NCBI GenBank assembly: GCA_965204535.1
Contig: CBDBEV010000001.1
Span: forward strand, 1,024,001 to 1,088,000
Source of the DNA: a bacterium
Lineage (GTDB): Bacteria; UBA8248
Length of the DNA: 64,000 nucleotides
Direction: 5' to 3'
How positions within the stretch are numbered: position 1 is the stretch's first letter; every line of letters begins with the position of its first letter. A program made the translations under genes and the position numbers. The notes under the pieces are model-generated. The model searched no databases. It worked only from the letters and a program-made list of their open reading frames with translations, and was not told the origin of the DNA. Of this stretch, positions 42,780 to 52,453 are shown one piece after another.

Positions 42780-42989
42780 GGCGAAACACGGCCTGCGTCA
42801 GGGCGGAGCGGCTTTCCGCATGGACTGATTCAACTTGCTTTCTGCTTCTTACGCGGTATAGTTTTGGGTGTTTGGGGCTTTCTGTCTTCGAAATCATGAT
42901 AATATAACGGCTGATTGATTATCCAGAGCCATCCTCCGCTACGGATCGGAAATGGCGCCGCCGGAGTCTCTTAAGAACGCATTTCCAAT

Positions 42990-44918
42990 ATGAGGTTTTT
43001 CATGTTCTCTCACCTCCTCAAGAAGGCGTCGCTGGCTCTTGCGATGCTCATGATTCTTCTCTGCGCATCCGTCGGTTCGGTTCACGCCCAGGAGAATGAT
43101 TACCGCAAGGCCCTGGGCCTCATCAGCGACAAGCTGCACCAGCGATTCCCGAACCTGCGCGGCGCGGTGGTCGCCGTCAGGGGGGCGGATCTTTACTTGA
43201 GCCTCGGAGAGAAGGATGAGGTGGTCAAGGGCGTCAAGCTGAGCGTCTACCGCGAGGGCGCGCCGTTTCGCCACCCGACGACGGGCGTCGTTCTCGGCAA
43301 GCTGGAAGAGGAAATCGGCGAGATCGAGGTCGTCGAGGTGCGGGAGAAATTCTCCATCGCGCGTCTGGTGCGCCTGGCGCCGGGCGGGCGGCTCTCCCCG
43401 CGCGTCAAGGACACGGTGCGCATGTCCGCCGCGAAGGTTCGCCTGGCGATACTGCCATTCGTCAACCAGACGAAAGAGCCTGTCAGCATGGAGACGCTCA
43501 CGAGAGAGCTGAGTCGCCAACTCCTGAGGAGCGGACGCTTCGACGTCTACGACGTGGACAGGCTCCAGGTATGGCTTCTGGAGACGGGTGTCGCCACCGA
43601 TGAAATTCTCAAAGGCGAGAATCCGATTCGTCTGCGGAACCAGGTGCGGGGCGACATGGCGATCGAGAACGAGCTCCGCGAAATCCGGGGGAAGAAAATC
43701 CTCTCCACCCGCCTTTTGTCTCTTACGACAAAAGAAGAACTCTTCAAGGCCGTGGCGATTGCGGATGAATTGCCCTTCGAGCAGCGCCCGCCCAAGGAGC
43801 AGGAATTGAGGCGCGCCGGGGACGGTGTGCGCGCGGGGCCTGCGAACGAGAGCTTCGTGCTCGCCCGCGAGGGCGTACCAAATAGAGGAGGCGGCCAAAA
43901 AAGCTACTCGTTCGACAAGGCCGCATTCCGGGGGCTGTCCGTCGCGGACGTGGACGGGGACGGAAAAAACGAAGTCGTCCTCATCACGCAGACCCAGGTT
44001 ATCGTCAACCGCTTCGAGAATAACCGGATGCGCGAGGTTGCCCGCTTCGACGAGGGGGCGGCGAACGACTTCCGCTGGCTCGACGTCGCCGACATGAACG
44101 GAGACGGCGCGCCCGAGTTCTACCTCGCCTCATACCGCTCGAACGAATTGTTCTCGCTGATCCTGCAGTTCAAGGGCGGGAAGTTCACGCCACTCGTCCG
44201 GAACGACAGGACGTTCTACCGCCTGCTCCGCGCCCGGCGGCCCAGGAAGGGCGAGAAGATCCCCGATACGGAAGCCTATCTGCTCCTGGGCCAGAGCGAG
44301 GGGATCGAGAGCGCTTTCGAGGGCCCCATCAGCCGCTACCGCTGGTCGGGGGGAAATCTCACGCCCGCCGCCCCCTATGCGCTTCCGCCGGATTTGACGA
44401 TACTGGGCTTCGGCTTGTGGGACATCAACAAGGACGGCGCGCAGGAAGTCATCGAGGTCGGGAAGGACGACAGGCTGAGGGTGTTTTCCAGAAGCGGCGC
44501 GGAGGTATTCTCCAGTTCTGAAATCTACGGCGTGCCCGTCCATAGATTCCACTCACAGGCCGGCGACGATCGCACCGACGAACAGGAAGATACGCCGGAT
44601 CTCCCCATACGCTCGCGCGTGCTGGTCGAAGATGTCGACGGGGACGGTGTGGACGAGGTTATGGTGATCAAAAACGAATACGCCACCGCCTTCGCGCCGG
44701 GCCTGGGCGTTTCGGGAGGGCAGATCGCAAGCCTGATATGGGACGGCAGCGGCTTGAGCGAGACCTGGCGCACGAGGAAGTTGGGCAGCGGAGTCGTGGA
44801 TTTCGCCTTCGGCGACGCGGACAATGACGGTTCCGACGATCTTGTGGTGGCGGCGACGGACGCGAGCGTGTTCACTAGCGGGAAAAGCCGGATTTTCTTC
44901 TACAGGATCAGGGAATAG
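42990..44918 (+). CDS. Exported FG-GAP/VCBS repeat protein
   Basis: Signal peptide; repeated DVDGDG/DMNGDG/DADNDG motifs. Confidence 0.82.
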   Translation: MRFFMFSHLLKKASLALAMLMILLCASVGSVHAQENDYRKALGLISDKLHQRFPNLRGAVVAVRGADLYLSLGEKDEVVKGVKLSVYREGAPFRHPTTGVVLGKLEEEIGEIEVVEVREKFSIARLVRLAPGGRLSPRVKDTVRMSAAKVRLAILPFVNQTKEPVSMETLTRELSRQLLRSGRFDVYDVDRLQVWLLETGVATDEILKGENPIRLRNQVRGDMAIENELREIRGKKILSTRLLSLTTKEELFKAVAIADELPFEQRPPKEQELRRAGDGVRAGPANESFVLAREGVPNRGGGQKSYSFDKAAFRGLSVADVDGDGKNEVVLITQTQVIVNRFENNRMREVARFDEGAANDFRWLDVADMNGDGAPEFYLASYRSNELFSLILQFKGGKFTPLVRNDRTFYRLLRARRPRKGEKIPDTEAYLLLGQSEGIESAFEGPISRYRWSGGNLTPAAPYALPPDLTILGFGLWDINKDGAQEVIEVGKDDRLRVFSRSGAEVFSSSEIYGVPVHRFHSQAGDDRTDEQEDTPDLPIRSRVLVEDVDGDGVDEVMVIKNEYATAFAPGLGVSGGQIASLIWDGSGLSETWRTRKLGSGVVDFAFGDADNDGSDDLVVAATDASVFTSGKSRIFFYRIRE

Positions 44919-45380
44919 CGTTCTTCGCGCCGCCGACTCCCGGCGCGGTCCGGTTTTCGAGCGGGGAAATGCGGGGAGATGCGCGCAAATGCGGGGGCCG
45001 GAAAAATTTTTTAATTCGATAAATTTCTGAAAAAAATTCACGTTTTTCGTTGGGTTATCCGCATAAACCATTGAATAAAAATCCTGTATTCCGTTGCTTC
45101 GATCCCGAAACATTTTCAGGAATTTATCGATATTTACCGGATTTTTCAGGAATTCCACCGTTCTCCCCGCGCCTTCCCCCACCGGCGCCCCGCCGCCCGC
45201 TCCCGCATGACGCCATCGCCGGAAATTCGCCCGCTTCATTTTCCCCTCCTCCCCCTTCGACGGGAATGTTCGCTTCTCACGCGCGCGATTCTCGCCCGTC
45301 CCGCGAATGACCCGGTAACCGCAATTGCGGGGAAATGCGGACCCGGCCCCGACCGGGGAGGCGGGATAAAACCCCCCTGA

Positions 45381-45575
45381 GGGGGTTGTTGAAAAAGGCC
45401 CATCAATCGGGGTTGGCGCGTAGGGGCGGCCCCCCGTGGCCGCCCGTGTCGGATATGTCCATCTGCGTGGCTGTGCTTCGCAGGGAGAAGCATGGGGGCC
45501 ATGGACAGGCACAGGGGCCTGTCCCTACAAACCTTCTATTTGCAGGGTCCTGCGCAGACCTCTTCAACACCCCCC
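45381..45575. repeat. MITE-like element with IS1182-like ends carrying a GTAG REPIN
   Basis: GGGGTTGTTGAAAAAGG...CCTCTTCAACACCCC enclosing GTAGGGGCGG...GTCCCTAC. Confidence 0.75.
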
Positions 45576-45752
45576 TACGGGTTCGTCTTGATACGCGGGG
45601 CGTAGGGACAACCCCCTGCGCCGGTCCGGGAGCGCGGCCTGTCCTTGCGAGGCGGTGCGGTTTTGTTCGTCGTCCCGGCGTCATCGCCGGCCGATGCGGA
45701 AGGTGTTGCGGAGTGACGACCGGAGACGAATGCGGTTGCGTCCGCCGCCGGC

Positions 45753-46160
45753 TCAGCCGTCCTGACGCGCGGAGGGCGCGGACGTGCGGCGGATGAGCTC
45801 CCGGAGCGCCTCCATGGTCTCGCGGTGGCGCTCCCTCTGCTCCTCGCGTTCGGCGCGCAGCACGGCCATGGTTTCGCGGTGGCGCTCCTTGTGCTCCTCG
45901 CGTTCGGCGCGCAGCGCCTCCATGGTTTCGCGGTGCATCGCGTCCCGATGCCGCGCGGCCTGGCGCATGATGTAGAGGCCGTAGGCGATCAGTCCGCATT
46001 GCGCGGCCCCGACGAGGGCGGCCACCCACACGGAGGCCCACTGCGCGGCGAGGGCGGCTTCCTGGAGGGCGAGGCTCGCCTTTTGCAGGGCGAGGCTCGA
46101 TTGCTGTACGACGAGGTTTGATTGCTGTACGGCGAGGCTTGCGGTTTCGTATTCCGTCAT
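45753..46160 (-). CDS. Small TM protein with HRETM..LRAEREE repeats
   Basis: GGGAG RBS; heptad N-terminus, one TM, three 18-aa-period repeats. Confidence 0.7.
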   Translation of the reverse strand: MTEYETASLAVQQSNLVVQQSSLALQKASLALQEAALAAQWASVWVAALVGAAQCGLIAYGLYIMRQAARHRDAMHRETMEALRAEREEHKERHRETMAVLRAEREEQRERHRETMEALRELIRRTSAPSARQDG

Positions 46161-46251
46161 TCGATTTTCTCCCGTGAAGCCTCGTGAGCAGCAAGTCCGG
46201 TCAGTTTCGCCCAGGGCGGTGGAGAAGTCAAAGAGCGAACGCGAGTGAGGA

Positions 46252-46398
46252 GGGGGTGTTGAAAAAGGCCCATCAATCGGGATCGGCGCGTAGGGGCGGC
46301 CCCCCGTGGCCGCCCGTATCGGATATGTCCATCTGCGTGGCTGTGCTTCGCAGGGACAAGCATGGGGGCCTTGGACAGGCACGGAGGCCTGTCCCTAC
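46252..46398. repeat. Direct repeat of 45381-45528
   Basis: About 147-bp near-identical copy. Confidence 0.85.
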
Positions 46399-46461
46399 GG
46401 GTCGGAGGACGGACAACGCGAGGAGGCCCTGTTCCCGCGTTTCGCTGCGTTCTCCACGCAC

Positions 46462-46491
46462 AAAAAAACCGGGGGGCCGAAGCCCCCCGGT
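46462..46491 (-). terminator. Intrinsic terminator after the porin gene
   Basis: ACCGGGGGGC/GCCCCCCGGT stem with A7 (U-run on the minus strand). Confidence 0.8.
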
Positions 46492-46532
46492 CGTCGTCGC
46501 GTCAGGTGAGGACGCGAACGTCGGTCGTGCGG

Positions 46533-47741
46533 CTAGAAGGTATGGATCACCGCCCAGCCGAACATCCAGGCGTCGTCCAGATCCTCGCCGCCTGCATCTT
46601 TACCGTAGTCGCCGCGCATGAGAACGGCGGCATCCGCTGCTAGCAAGAGATTCGGGTGAACTTGCCACTTCATAGTGACGCCGACCTGGGTGCCGAAATC
46701 CTTCGCGTTCTCCTTGCCCGCCTCGGGATGATCTTCGGCGGAATTGTATAGCGCTACGCTGCCGAGCAGCGTAAAGGTCTTGCTGACCGCGTATTCGCCC
46801 AGTCCCTCGAGCACGACTGCGCCGTTCATGCTGCTCAAATTCTTGTCTTGGAGGGCAGTCGAAAGACCTGTCGGGCTGTCACCTCCCATGATATAGCGGC
46901 CGGCCACTTCTGTGCCTTTGCCACCTCGAGGGCCAAGAAATTTTCCGCTTTCCCCCGGGTCGGAGCCGTCGTCGCCGGAGAACATGGTGAAGTTGCCGCC
47001 GAGTTTCAGCTTGCCCATACTGGCAGAAGTCCGCAACAGAAGCGCCCAAGCAGCGATGTCTTCTTTACTGTTGTTCTCGCCGCCCTGGAAGACGCCCGAG
47101 GCGTTCACGTTGAAGATGCCCGCCTTGCCCTTGGCGTTCAGGCCGAGGAAGTTGTAGTTGTAGCCGTTGTCCGCTCCATCTTTGGAGTTGGCCGCCCACG
47201 GCGTGAGGGTGAGGTTGGGGGCCACCTTGATGGTCAGGGCGGCGTAGTAATCCGTCACGTCGGCGTTGTCGGGGCCGCCGTCTTCATTATCTTTGATGTG
47301 GAACATGCTGAGCGAGAGGTTCTTGCTGAGCTTGCCGAAGACCTGGACGCCCGCTATGCGGTTGGCGCTGCCCCTGTAGATTTCGCCGTCCGGAGAGGCG
47401 GAGTCCGTCTTGCCCAACCTCATTTTAAGCGCGCTGCCCGGAACCGCGAATTCGAGCACCCAGCGGTTGGTGACGACAGCTCGCTTCTCTGCACCAGCAA
47501 ACGCACTAAACTGGGGTTCCCACCAGAGCCTGACGCCGCCGGCATTCGTCGTGAATCTGGGCCGCAATAACGCATCCAGTTTATTCACCTTGTCGTCATC
47601 GTCATCGTTCCCGTCCGCGTTGTTTTGGCTGGTTCCCCGCACCCGGTACCAACCTTGCATCTTGAAATCGGCCGCGTACGAGGGCGCTACAAACGTCGCT
47701 ACGAGCGCCAGCGCAAACAGAGTTAACAGAATTTTCCTCAT
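46533..47741 (-). CDS. Outer-membrane porin
   Basis: Signal peptide, amphipathic beta strands, terminal Phe, strong RBS and terminator. Confidence 0.8.
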   Translation of the reverse strand: MRKILLTLFALALVATFVAPSYAADFKMQGWYRVRGTSQNNADGNDDDDDKVNKLDALLRPRFTTNAGGVRLWWEPQFSAFAGAEKRAVVTNRWVLEFAVPGSALKMRLGKTDSASPDGEIYRGSANRIAGVQVFGKLSKNLSLSMFHIKDNEDGGPDNADVTDYYAALTIKVAPNLTLTPWAANSKDGADNGYNYNFLGLNAKGKAGIFNVNASGVFQGGENNSKEDIAAWALLLRTSASMGKLKLGGNFTMFSGDDGSDPGESGKFLGPRGGKGTEVAGRYIMGGDSPTGLSTALQDKNLSSMNGAVVLEGLGEYAVSKTFTLLGSVALYNSAEDHPEAGKENAKDFGTQVGVTMKWQVHPNLLLAADAAVLMRGDYGKDAGGEDLDDAWMFGWAVIHTF

Positions 47742-48130
47742 TGTGTATTTCTCCTCATTGAGGTTTCACAAAAAATGTTGCCGTCTTCCTTCGTGTTCTG
47801 TGTCTGGTTTTATGGGTGCTTCTGCATCTGTGCTTCGTCGCCTGTAACAGGGCTTCCCGTTCCCGCATCACCCCCTCTCTTCCATGCCGCCCCGCACGTC
47901 GACAAGGTTCTATCGAGCGAACCGGTATTCGCCGCTTATAGACAATTCCCTGTCTGAGAAAACAGTCATTCCATTCCCCGTTTCCTCAAAGAATAGAGGT
48001 GAGGTTGAAGTGAGTTCATCGATCCGGAAGTGATGCGTCCGAATGCACTCATGCGGTATAAATAACTGTTATTATTTTCTTTAAGCCGACATTCTCTTCT
48101 TCGTCGTCTCTTTGCGCATCCGCCGTATGG

Positions 48131-48316
48131 ATGCCGAAACGCGCCCATATTTGACGCCGCCGGTATGCGTTTTGATGACATGTGAAGCGAGAGAGACCAC
48201 GCCCGTTCATGCTGAAACGCGCTCTCGATTGATGCCGCTGATATGCGTTTTGATGACATATGAAGCGGGAGAGACCGCGCCCGCTCATGCTGAAACGCGC
48301 GCTCGGTTGACGCCGC
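48131..48316. repeat. 78-bp tandem repeat (about 2.4 copies)
   Basis: GAAACGCGC at 48136, 48214 and 48292. Confidence 0.85.
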
Positions 48317-48396
48317 TTCACGGGCAATGGGGCATCGCCCGTACCCCTGTGATAGGATGCCCGATATCGCAAACTTGAAGCTGGAGGCTCATCCTC

Positions 48397-49383
48397 ATGC
48401 GAATCTGTACGTTCAGCCTGGCGGGCGAGGCGCGCATCGGCGTGTTGTTCGGGGAGAAAATCGCCGACCTGAAACTGGCCAGCGCCCTGTCGCTGGATGA
48501 GGAAACAGCGGCGGAGGCGATGGACCGCGTCGAGGCCGAGGTTCCCGATGATTGCGAGGAGTTCATCGAGGATCTGGAACTGAACCGCCCTCTCGCAGAA
48601 GAAGCCCTCGAAGCGCTCGAAGCGCATGGACGGAAAAAAGACCCGATTCGCTTCGACGGCATGCAGGTGGTCTATGAACCCGGTGAAGTCGAGATTCTCC
48701 CTCCCGTCGTGCCGGACACGCTGTTTTGCATGGCGAGGAACTACGTGGCCCATGCCGCCGAGATGGCGCGCACCGAAGTGGATGATTTCAAGGAGGAACT
48801 CCCGCTTTATTGTTTCCTGAAGCCCGCCACCTGCGTGAGCGGCCCGTATGAGGACGTGCCCGTCTATCCCTCGATGGAGAAGCTCGACTACGAGCTCGAA
48901 CTCGGCGTGCTCATCGGCCAGGGCGGCAAGAACATTCCGGTGGAAAGGGCCATGGACCACGTGGGCGGCTACACCCTGTTCAACGACATGAGCGACCGCA
49001 CGAGCCTCAACATGGGCAAGTTCATCGACTGGTACGCCATGAAGGCCCCGGACGGCTTCGCCCCCATCGGCCCCTACATCCTGCTCCCCGAGGAGGGCCT
49101 CGACCCCCACGATTTGAGGCTCAAGCTCTGGGTGAACGGCGAACTGAGGCAAGACGCCACAACGGGCGACATGGTCTGGCGGGTCGCCGAGCAGGTATCG
49201 TATCTCTCGGGGATAGCGACCTTGCGGACGGGCGACATCATCGGCACCGGCTCTCCTGCCGGCAACGCCGCCTCGTGGGGGGAATATCTCCAGGCGGGCG
49301 ACCTGATAGAGGGCGAAATCGAGGGGGTCGGGCGCCAGGCTTTTCGAATCAAGAGTGAAAGCCCCGAATATACGCCGGGCTAG
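48397..49383 (+). CDS. Fumarylacetoacetate hydrolase family protein
   Basis: RNYVAH, LDYELELG, FNDMSDR and GDIIGTGSP motifs. Confidence 0.9.
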   Translation: MRICTFSLAGEARIGVLFGEKIADLKLASALSLDEETAAEAMDRVEAEVPDDCEEFIEDLELNRPLAEEALEALEAHGRKKDPIRFDGMQVVYEPGEVEILPPVVPDTLFCMARNYVAHAAEMARTEVDDFKEELPLYCFLKPATCVSGPYEDVPVYPSMEKLDYELELGVLIGQGGKNIPVERAMDHVGGYTLFNDMSDRTSLNMGKFIDWYAMKAPDGFAPIGPYILLPEEGLDPHDLRLKLWVNGELRQDATTGDMVWRVAEQVSYLSGIATLRTGDIIGTGSPAGNAASWGEYLQAGDLIEGEIEGVGRQAFRIKSESPEYTPG

Positions 49384-49478
49384 TTCTCCCGGCGGTTGAT
49401 TCGCATCCGTTTGCGCATTAAGATTTTCGCCGTCGATCGATAAACATCCGAACCGCTGAAACCCGAGAGGGGACCCTC

Positions 49479-50846
49479 ATGAATCCAGCCATAGCCGAAG
49501 CCGAATCCCTGCGGACGATGGACAAGGAGCACGTCTGGCATCCGCTCATGAACCATTCCGGGATGGAGGAAAATCCCCTCGACGTCGTGGTCAAGGCCAG
49601 GGGTTCGACCATCCAGGACGCCTCCGGCAAGGAATACATCGACGCCATGGCGGGGCTTTGGTGCGTGAACATCGGCTACGGGCGCGACGAGGTGGCCAAG
49701 GCGGCCTACGAGCAGATGTTGGAATTGGCCTATTACCCGCTGACGCAGGTGAACCCGCCCGCGGCGAGGCTTGGCCAAAGGCTCGCGTCCTTGCTGCCCG
49801 ATGGCGTCGAGCGCGTCTGGTTCGTGAACTCGGGCTCCGAAGCCGTGGACACGGCCATCAAGATCGCCCGCGCCTATGGACGCTTAAACGGCGGAAGGCG
49901 ATACAAGATCATCGCCCGCCACCAGGGCTATCACGGAGCGACCATCGGAGGCGCCAGCCTCACCGGCCAGACGCTCCGGCGCGCGATGTTCGAGCCGCTG
50001 CTCCCGGGCGTGATTCACGTGAGCGCGCCCTATTTCTACCGAAGCAACGCGGACACCGAGGAAGAACTCGCCCGCCGGTGCGCGGACGAGTTGGATGAGG
50101 TCATCCGCTACGAAGACCCCGAGACCGTGGCGGCGTTCATCGCGGAGCCCGTCATCGGCGGCGGCGGGGTGATTCCCCCGCCCGCGGATTACCTGAGGCG
50201 CATGCGCGAGGTGTGCCGGAACCACGGGGTTTTGTTCATCGCCGATGAGGTCATTACCGGCTTCGGACGCACGGGAGAGCTCTTCGCCTCGGACCTCTAC
50301 GAGATCGCGCCGGACATCATGACGATGGCCAAAGGGCTGAGCAGCGCCTATCTGCCCATCGGGGCGACGGCGACCACGAACGAGATATTCGAAGCCCTGA
50401 ACGCCGAGGGAGACTCAGGCTTTCTGCAGATAAACACCTACGGCGGACACCCCGTCGCATGTGCTGCGTCGCTCAAGAACCTCGAGATCATGATGGACGA
50501 GGAGTTGCCCGCGCGCGGCGCCAAGGTGGGCGCATATCTCGGCGGGCTTTTGGGAAAGCTCTCCGACATCCCCTGCGTGGGCGACGTGCGGGGCGTGGGC
50601 CTCATCTGGGGGGTGGAGTTGATAGAGGAAGACGGCGCGCCGCTGTCCACGGCGGCCACGGCGAAAGTGCTGGCATACGCGAAGGAGCAAGGCGTGATCT
50701 TCGGCAAGAACGCCGGCATCGCGGCGGGTCCTTCGAACACCGTCACCATCAGCCCGCCGCTGGTATTGACCGAAGAGGAAGCCGAGCGCGCCGCCTCCGC
50801 TCTCGACGCCGCCCTGCGCCGCGTTCAGGCGGAGAGCGGAGCCTGA
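49479..50846 (+). CDS. Class III PLP aminotransferase (omega-amine type)
   Basis: DAMAGLWCVN, SGSEA, YHG, DEVITGFGRTG and MAKGLSS motifs. Confidence 0.93.
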   Translation: MNPAIAEAESLRTMDKEHVWHPLMNHSGMEENPLDVVVKARGSTIQDASGKEYIDAMAGLWCVNIGYGRDEVAKAAYEQMLELAYYPLTQVNPPAARLGQRLASLLPDGVERVWFVNSGSEAVDTAIKIARAYGRLNGGRRYKIIARHQGYHGATIGGASLTGQTLRRAMFEPLLPGVIHVSAPYFYRSNADTEEELARRCADELDEVIRYEDPETVAAFIAEPVIGGGGVIPPPADYLRRMREVCRNHGVLFIADEVITGFGRTGELFASDLYEIAPDIMTMAKGLSSAYLPIGATATTNEIFEALNAEGDSGFLQINTYGGHPVACAASLKNLEIMMDEELPARGAKVGAYLGGLLGKLSDIPCVGDVRGVGLIWGVELIEEDGAPLSTAATAKVLAYAKEQGVIFGKNAGIAAGPSNTVTISPPLVLTEEEAERAASALDAALRRVQAESGA

Positions 50847-50895
50847 TGCGATAGCCGACAATTTTTCCCGCACATCATTTTCAGGGAGATTTCAT

Positions 50896-51567
50896 ATGTC
50901 CAACATCACCATGCTCGACATCGAGGATCTGAAGAAGACGAAGCTGGCGCCGTTCGTGAACAAGGCGCTCAAGCACCGCGCGCCCGACCCCGCCTTTCAC
51001 GCCATGCAGGGCCACAACGAGGATTTGGCGAAATCGATGTACCTCGCGTGGGGCACGGTGTTCAACACCGGCGTCATCGACCACAAGCTCAAGGAGATCA
51101 TCCGCGTTCAGCTCTCGCGCCGCGCCTTTTGCAACTACTGAGGGAACGTGCGCTCTGCTTCGGCGAAGCAGGCCGGCCTGACGGAAGAGATGATAGACGA
51201 GGGCATCGACAACTGGCGCGAGAGCGCGCTTTTCACCGAATCCGAAAAACTCGCGCTGGAATACAGCGAACTCATGGATTCGGAACCCGAGAAGATCGAC
51301 GAGGCCTTCTACGCGAGGCTGCGCGAGCACTACTCGGATGAGGAGATTGTGGAGCTCGGCTCTTTCATCGGCTTCAACGTGGGCTACCACACCTTTTTCA
51401 GGACGCTCGATTTCTACCCCATGTTCACCCCCGACGGCAGGCTGGTGAGTCAGGAGGAATCGCGCCGCATCTACGGCGATTGCCCCGTCTCGCACATGAG
51501 CGGGCCGCTTGAGCGCGCGCTCGAAGAGGGCGAGGCGCAACAGGCAGGCGGAGGCCAGGAGGGGTAG
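50896..51567 (+). CDS. AhpD/CMD-family selenoprotein (CxxU; in-frame TGA at 51139-51141)
   Basis: ORFs 50896-51141 and 51148-51567 share a frame; ungapped alignment to the downstream paralog across the TGA; downstream hairpin. Confidence 0.82.
51139..51180 (+). promoter_or_regulatory. Candidate bacterial SECIS element
   Basis: Stem CTGCTTC/GAAGCAG (51155-51171) with a G-led loop about 21 nt after the UGA. Confidence 0.65.
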
Positions 51568-51569
51568 CC

Positions 51570-52175
51570 ATGCCGATCATCGAGCCGCTCGAACCCGAAG
51601 GAATTGAAGAGAAGAACTGGAAGCGCGTCATGGAGCGCACCGCCGAGACCCAGGCGCCCGATGAGCTTTTCTCGCGCATCATGGCCCATGCGCCCGGCTA
51701 TGCCGCCAACCTGCACGACGCTATGCACCGCTCCCACGCCATGGGCGGGGTGGACCACAAGCTCAAGGAGATGGTTCGCATCCAGCTCGCCAGGACCGCG
51801 CAAGACACCTACTTCGCGAACCTGCGCTCCGAGCAGGCGAAAAAAGAGGGCCTGACGGAAGAACGCATCGAGGCCGCCTGCGGCGATTTCGAGAACGACC
51901 CGCAGTTCACCGAAGCCGAGAAGTGGGCGCTCCGCTATTCCTACTGGATGTACCGGGACGCAACGAAGCTCGACAAGGGATTCTACGACGAAGGCAAGAA
52001 GCACTTTTCAGAAGCCCAGATCATGGAGATCGGCGCGATGGTGGCGATTCACTATGGTTTCCAGGTCTTCATGCGCACGCTCAAGGCCTATCCGCTCCAC
52101 GATCCGGAGGGAAACCCGGTGACGCAGGCGCAGTCCGAGCAGATTTACGGGAAAGACGTGCCCTCGCCCGCCTGA
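51570..52175 (+). CDS. AhpD/CMD-family paralog lacking the redox motif (DTYF)
   Basis: DHKLKEMVRIQLA and FTEAEKWAL; co-linear with the upstream gene. Confidence 0.85.
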   Translation: MPIIEPLEPEGIEEKNWKRVMERTAETQAPDELFSRIMAHAPGYAANLHDAMHRSHAMGGVDHKLKEMVRIQLARTAQDTYFANLRSEQAKKEGLTEERIEAACGDFENDPQFTEAEKWALRYSYWMYRDATKLDKGFYDEGKKHFSEAQIMEIGAMVAIHYGFQVFMRTLKAYPLHDPEGNPVTQAQSEQIYGKDVPSPA

Positions 52176-52204
52176 GTTTCGCCATCGAGCAATAAGCGCC
52201 CGCC

Positions 52205-52453
52205 GGCGGGGTTGTTGAGAAAGCCCCCTTTTTCAGGGGATAAAGGCACCCTCCCTACCCCCCCCTGTCGGGGTTGTTGAAAAAATCCTGATATCGTGAT
52301 TCGGTGTATGGAGCTGACCAGGGAAGAGACTGTCGGGACAGGTCGCGACCTGTCCCTGCGAGGCGTTGTGGTTTTGTTCGTCATTCCGGCCTTGAGCCGG
52401 AGTGACGGCGGTGGCCGGTTCCGGCCGAGGATGACTTTTTCAACAACCCCGCC
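52205..52453. repeat. MITE-like element with IS1182-like ends, inside a terminator-like hairpin
   Basis: GGCGGGGTTGTTGA...TCAACAACCCCGCC, flanked by CGCCCGCCGG/CCGGCGGGCG. Confidence 0.7.

Noticed and set aside
44990-45160. AT-rich patch with repeated TTTTCAGGAATT as an origin or att site
   Set aside because: No DnaA boxes, integrase or adjacent tRNA; too little support for a call.
48131-48316. Tandem hammerhead ribozyme or CRISPR array
   Set aside because: TTGATGA and GAAAC resemble the hammerhead core, but there is no room for stem I and C3 is absent. There are no unique spacers or cas genes.
50896-51567. Two separate small genes, or a nonsense pseudogene
   Set aside because: Same frame, TGA at the catalytic Cys position, intact downstream half and a SECIS-like hairpin all favour recoding. 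A pseudogene is not fully excluded without seeing the sel genes.
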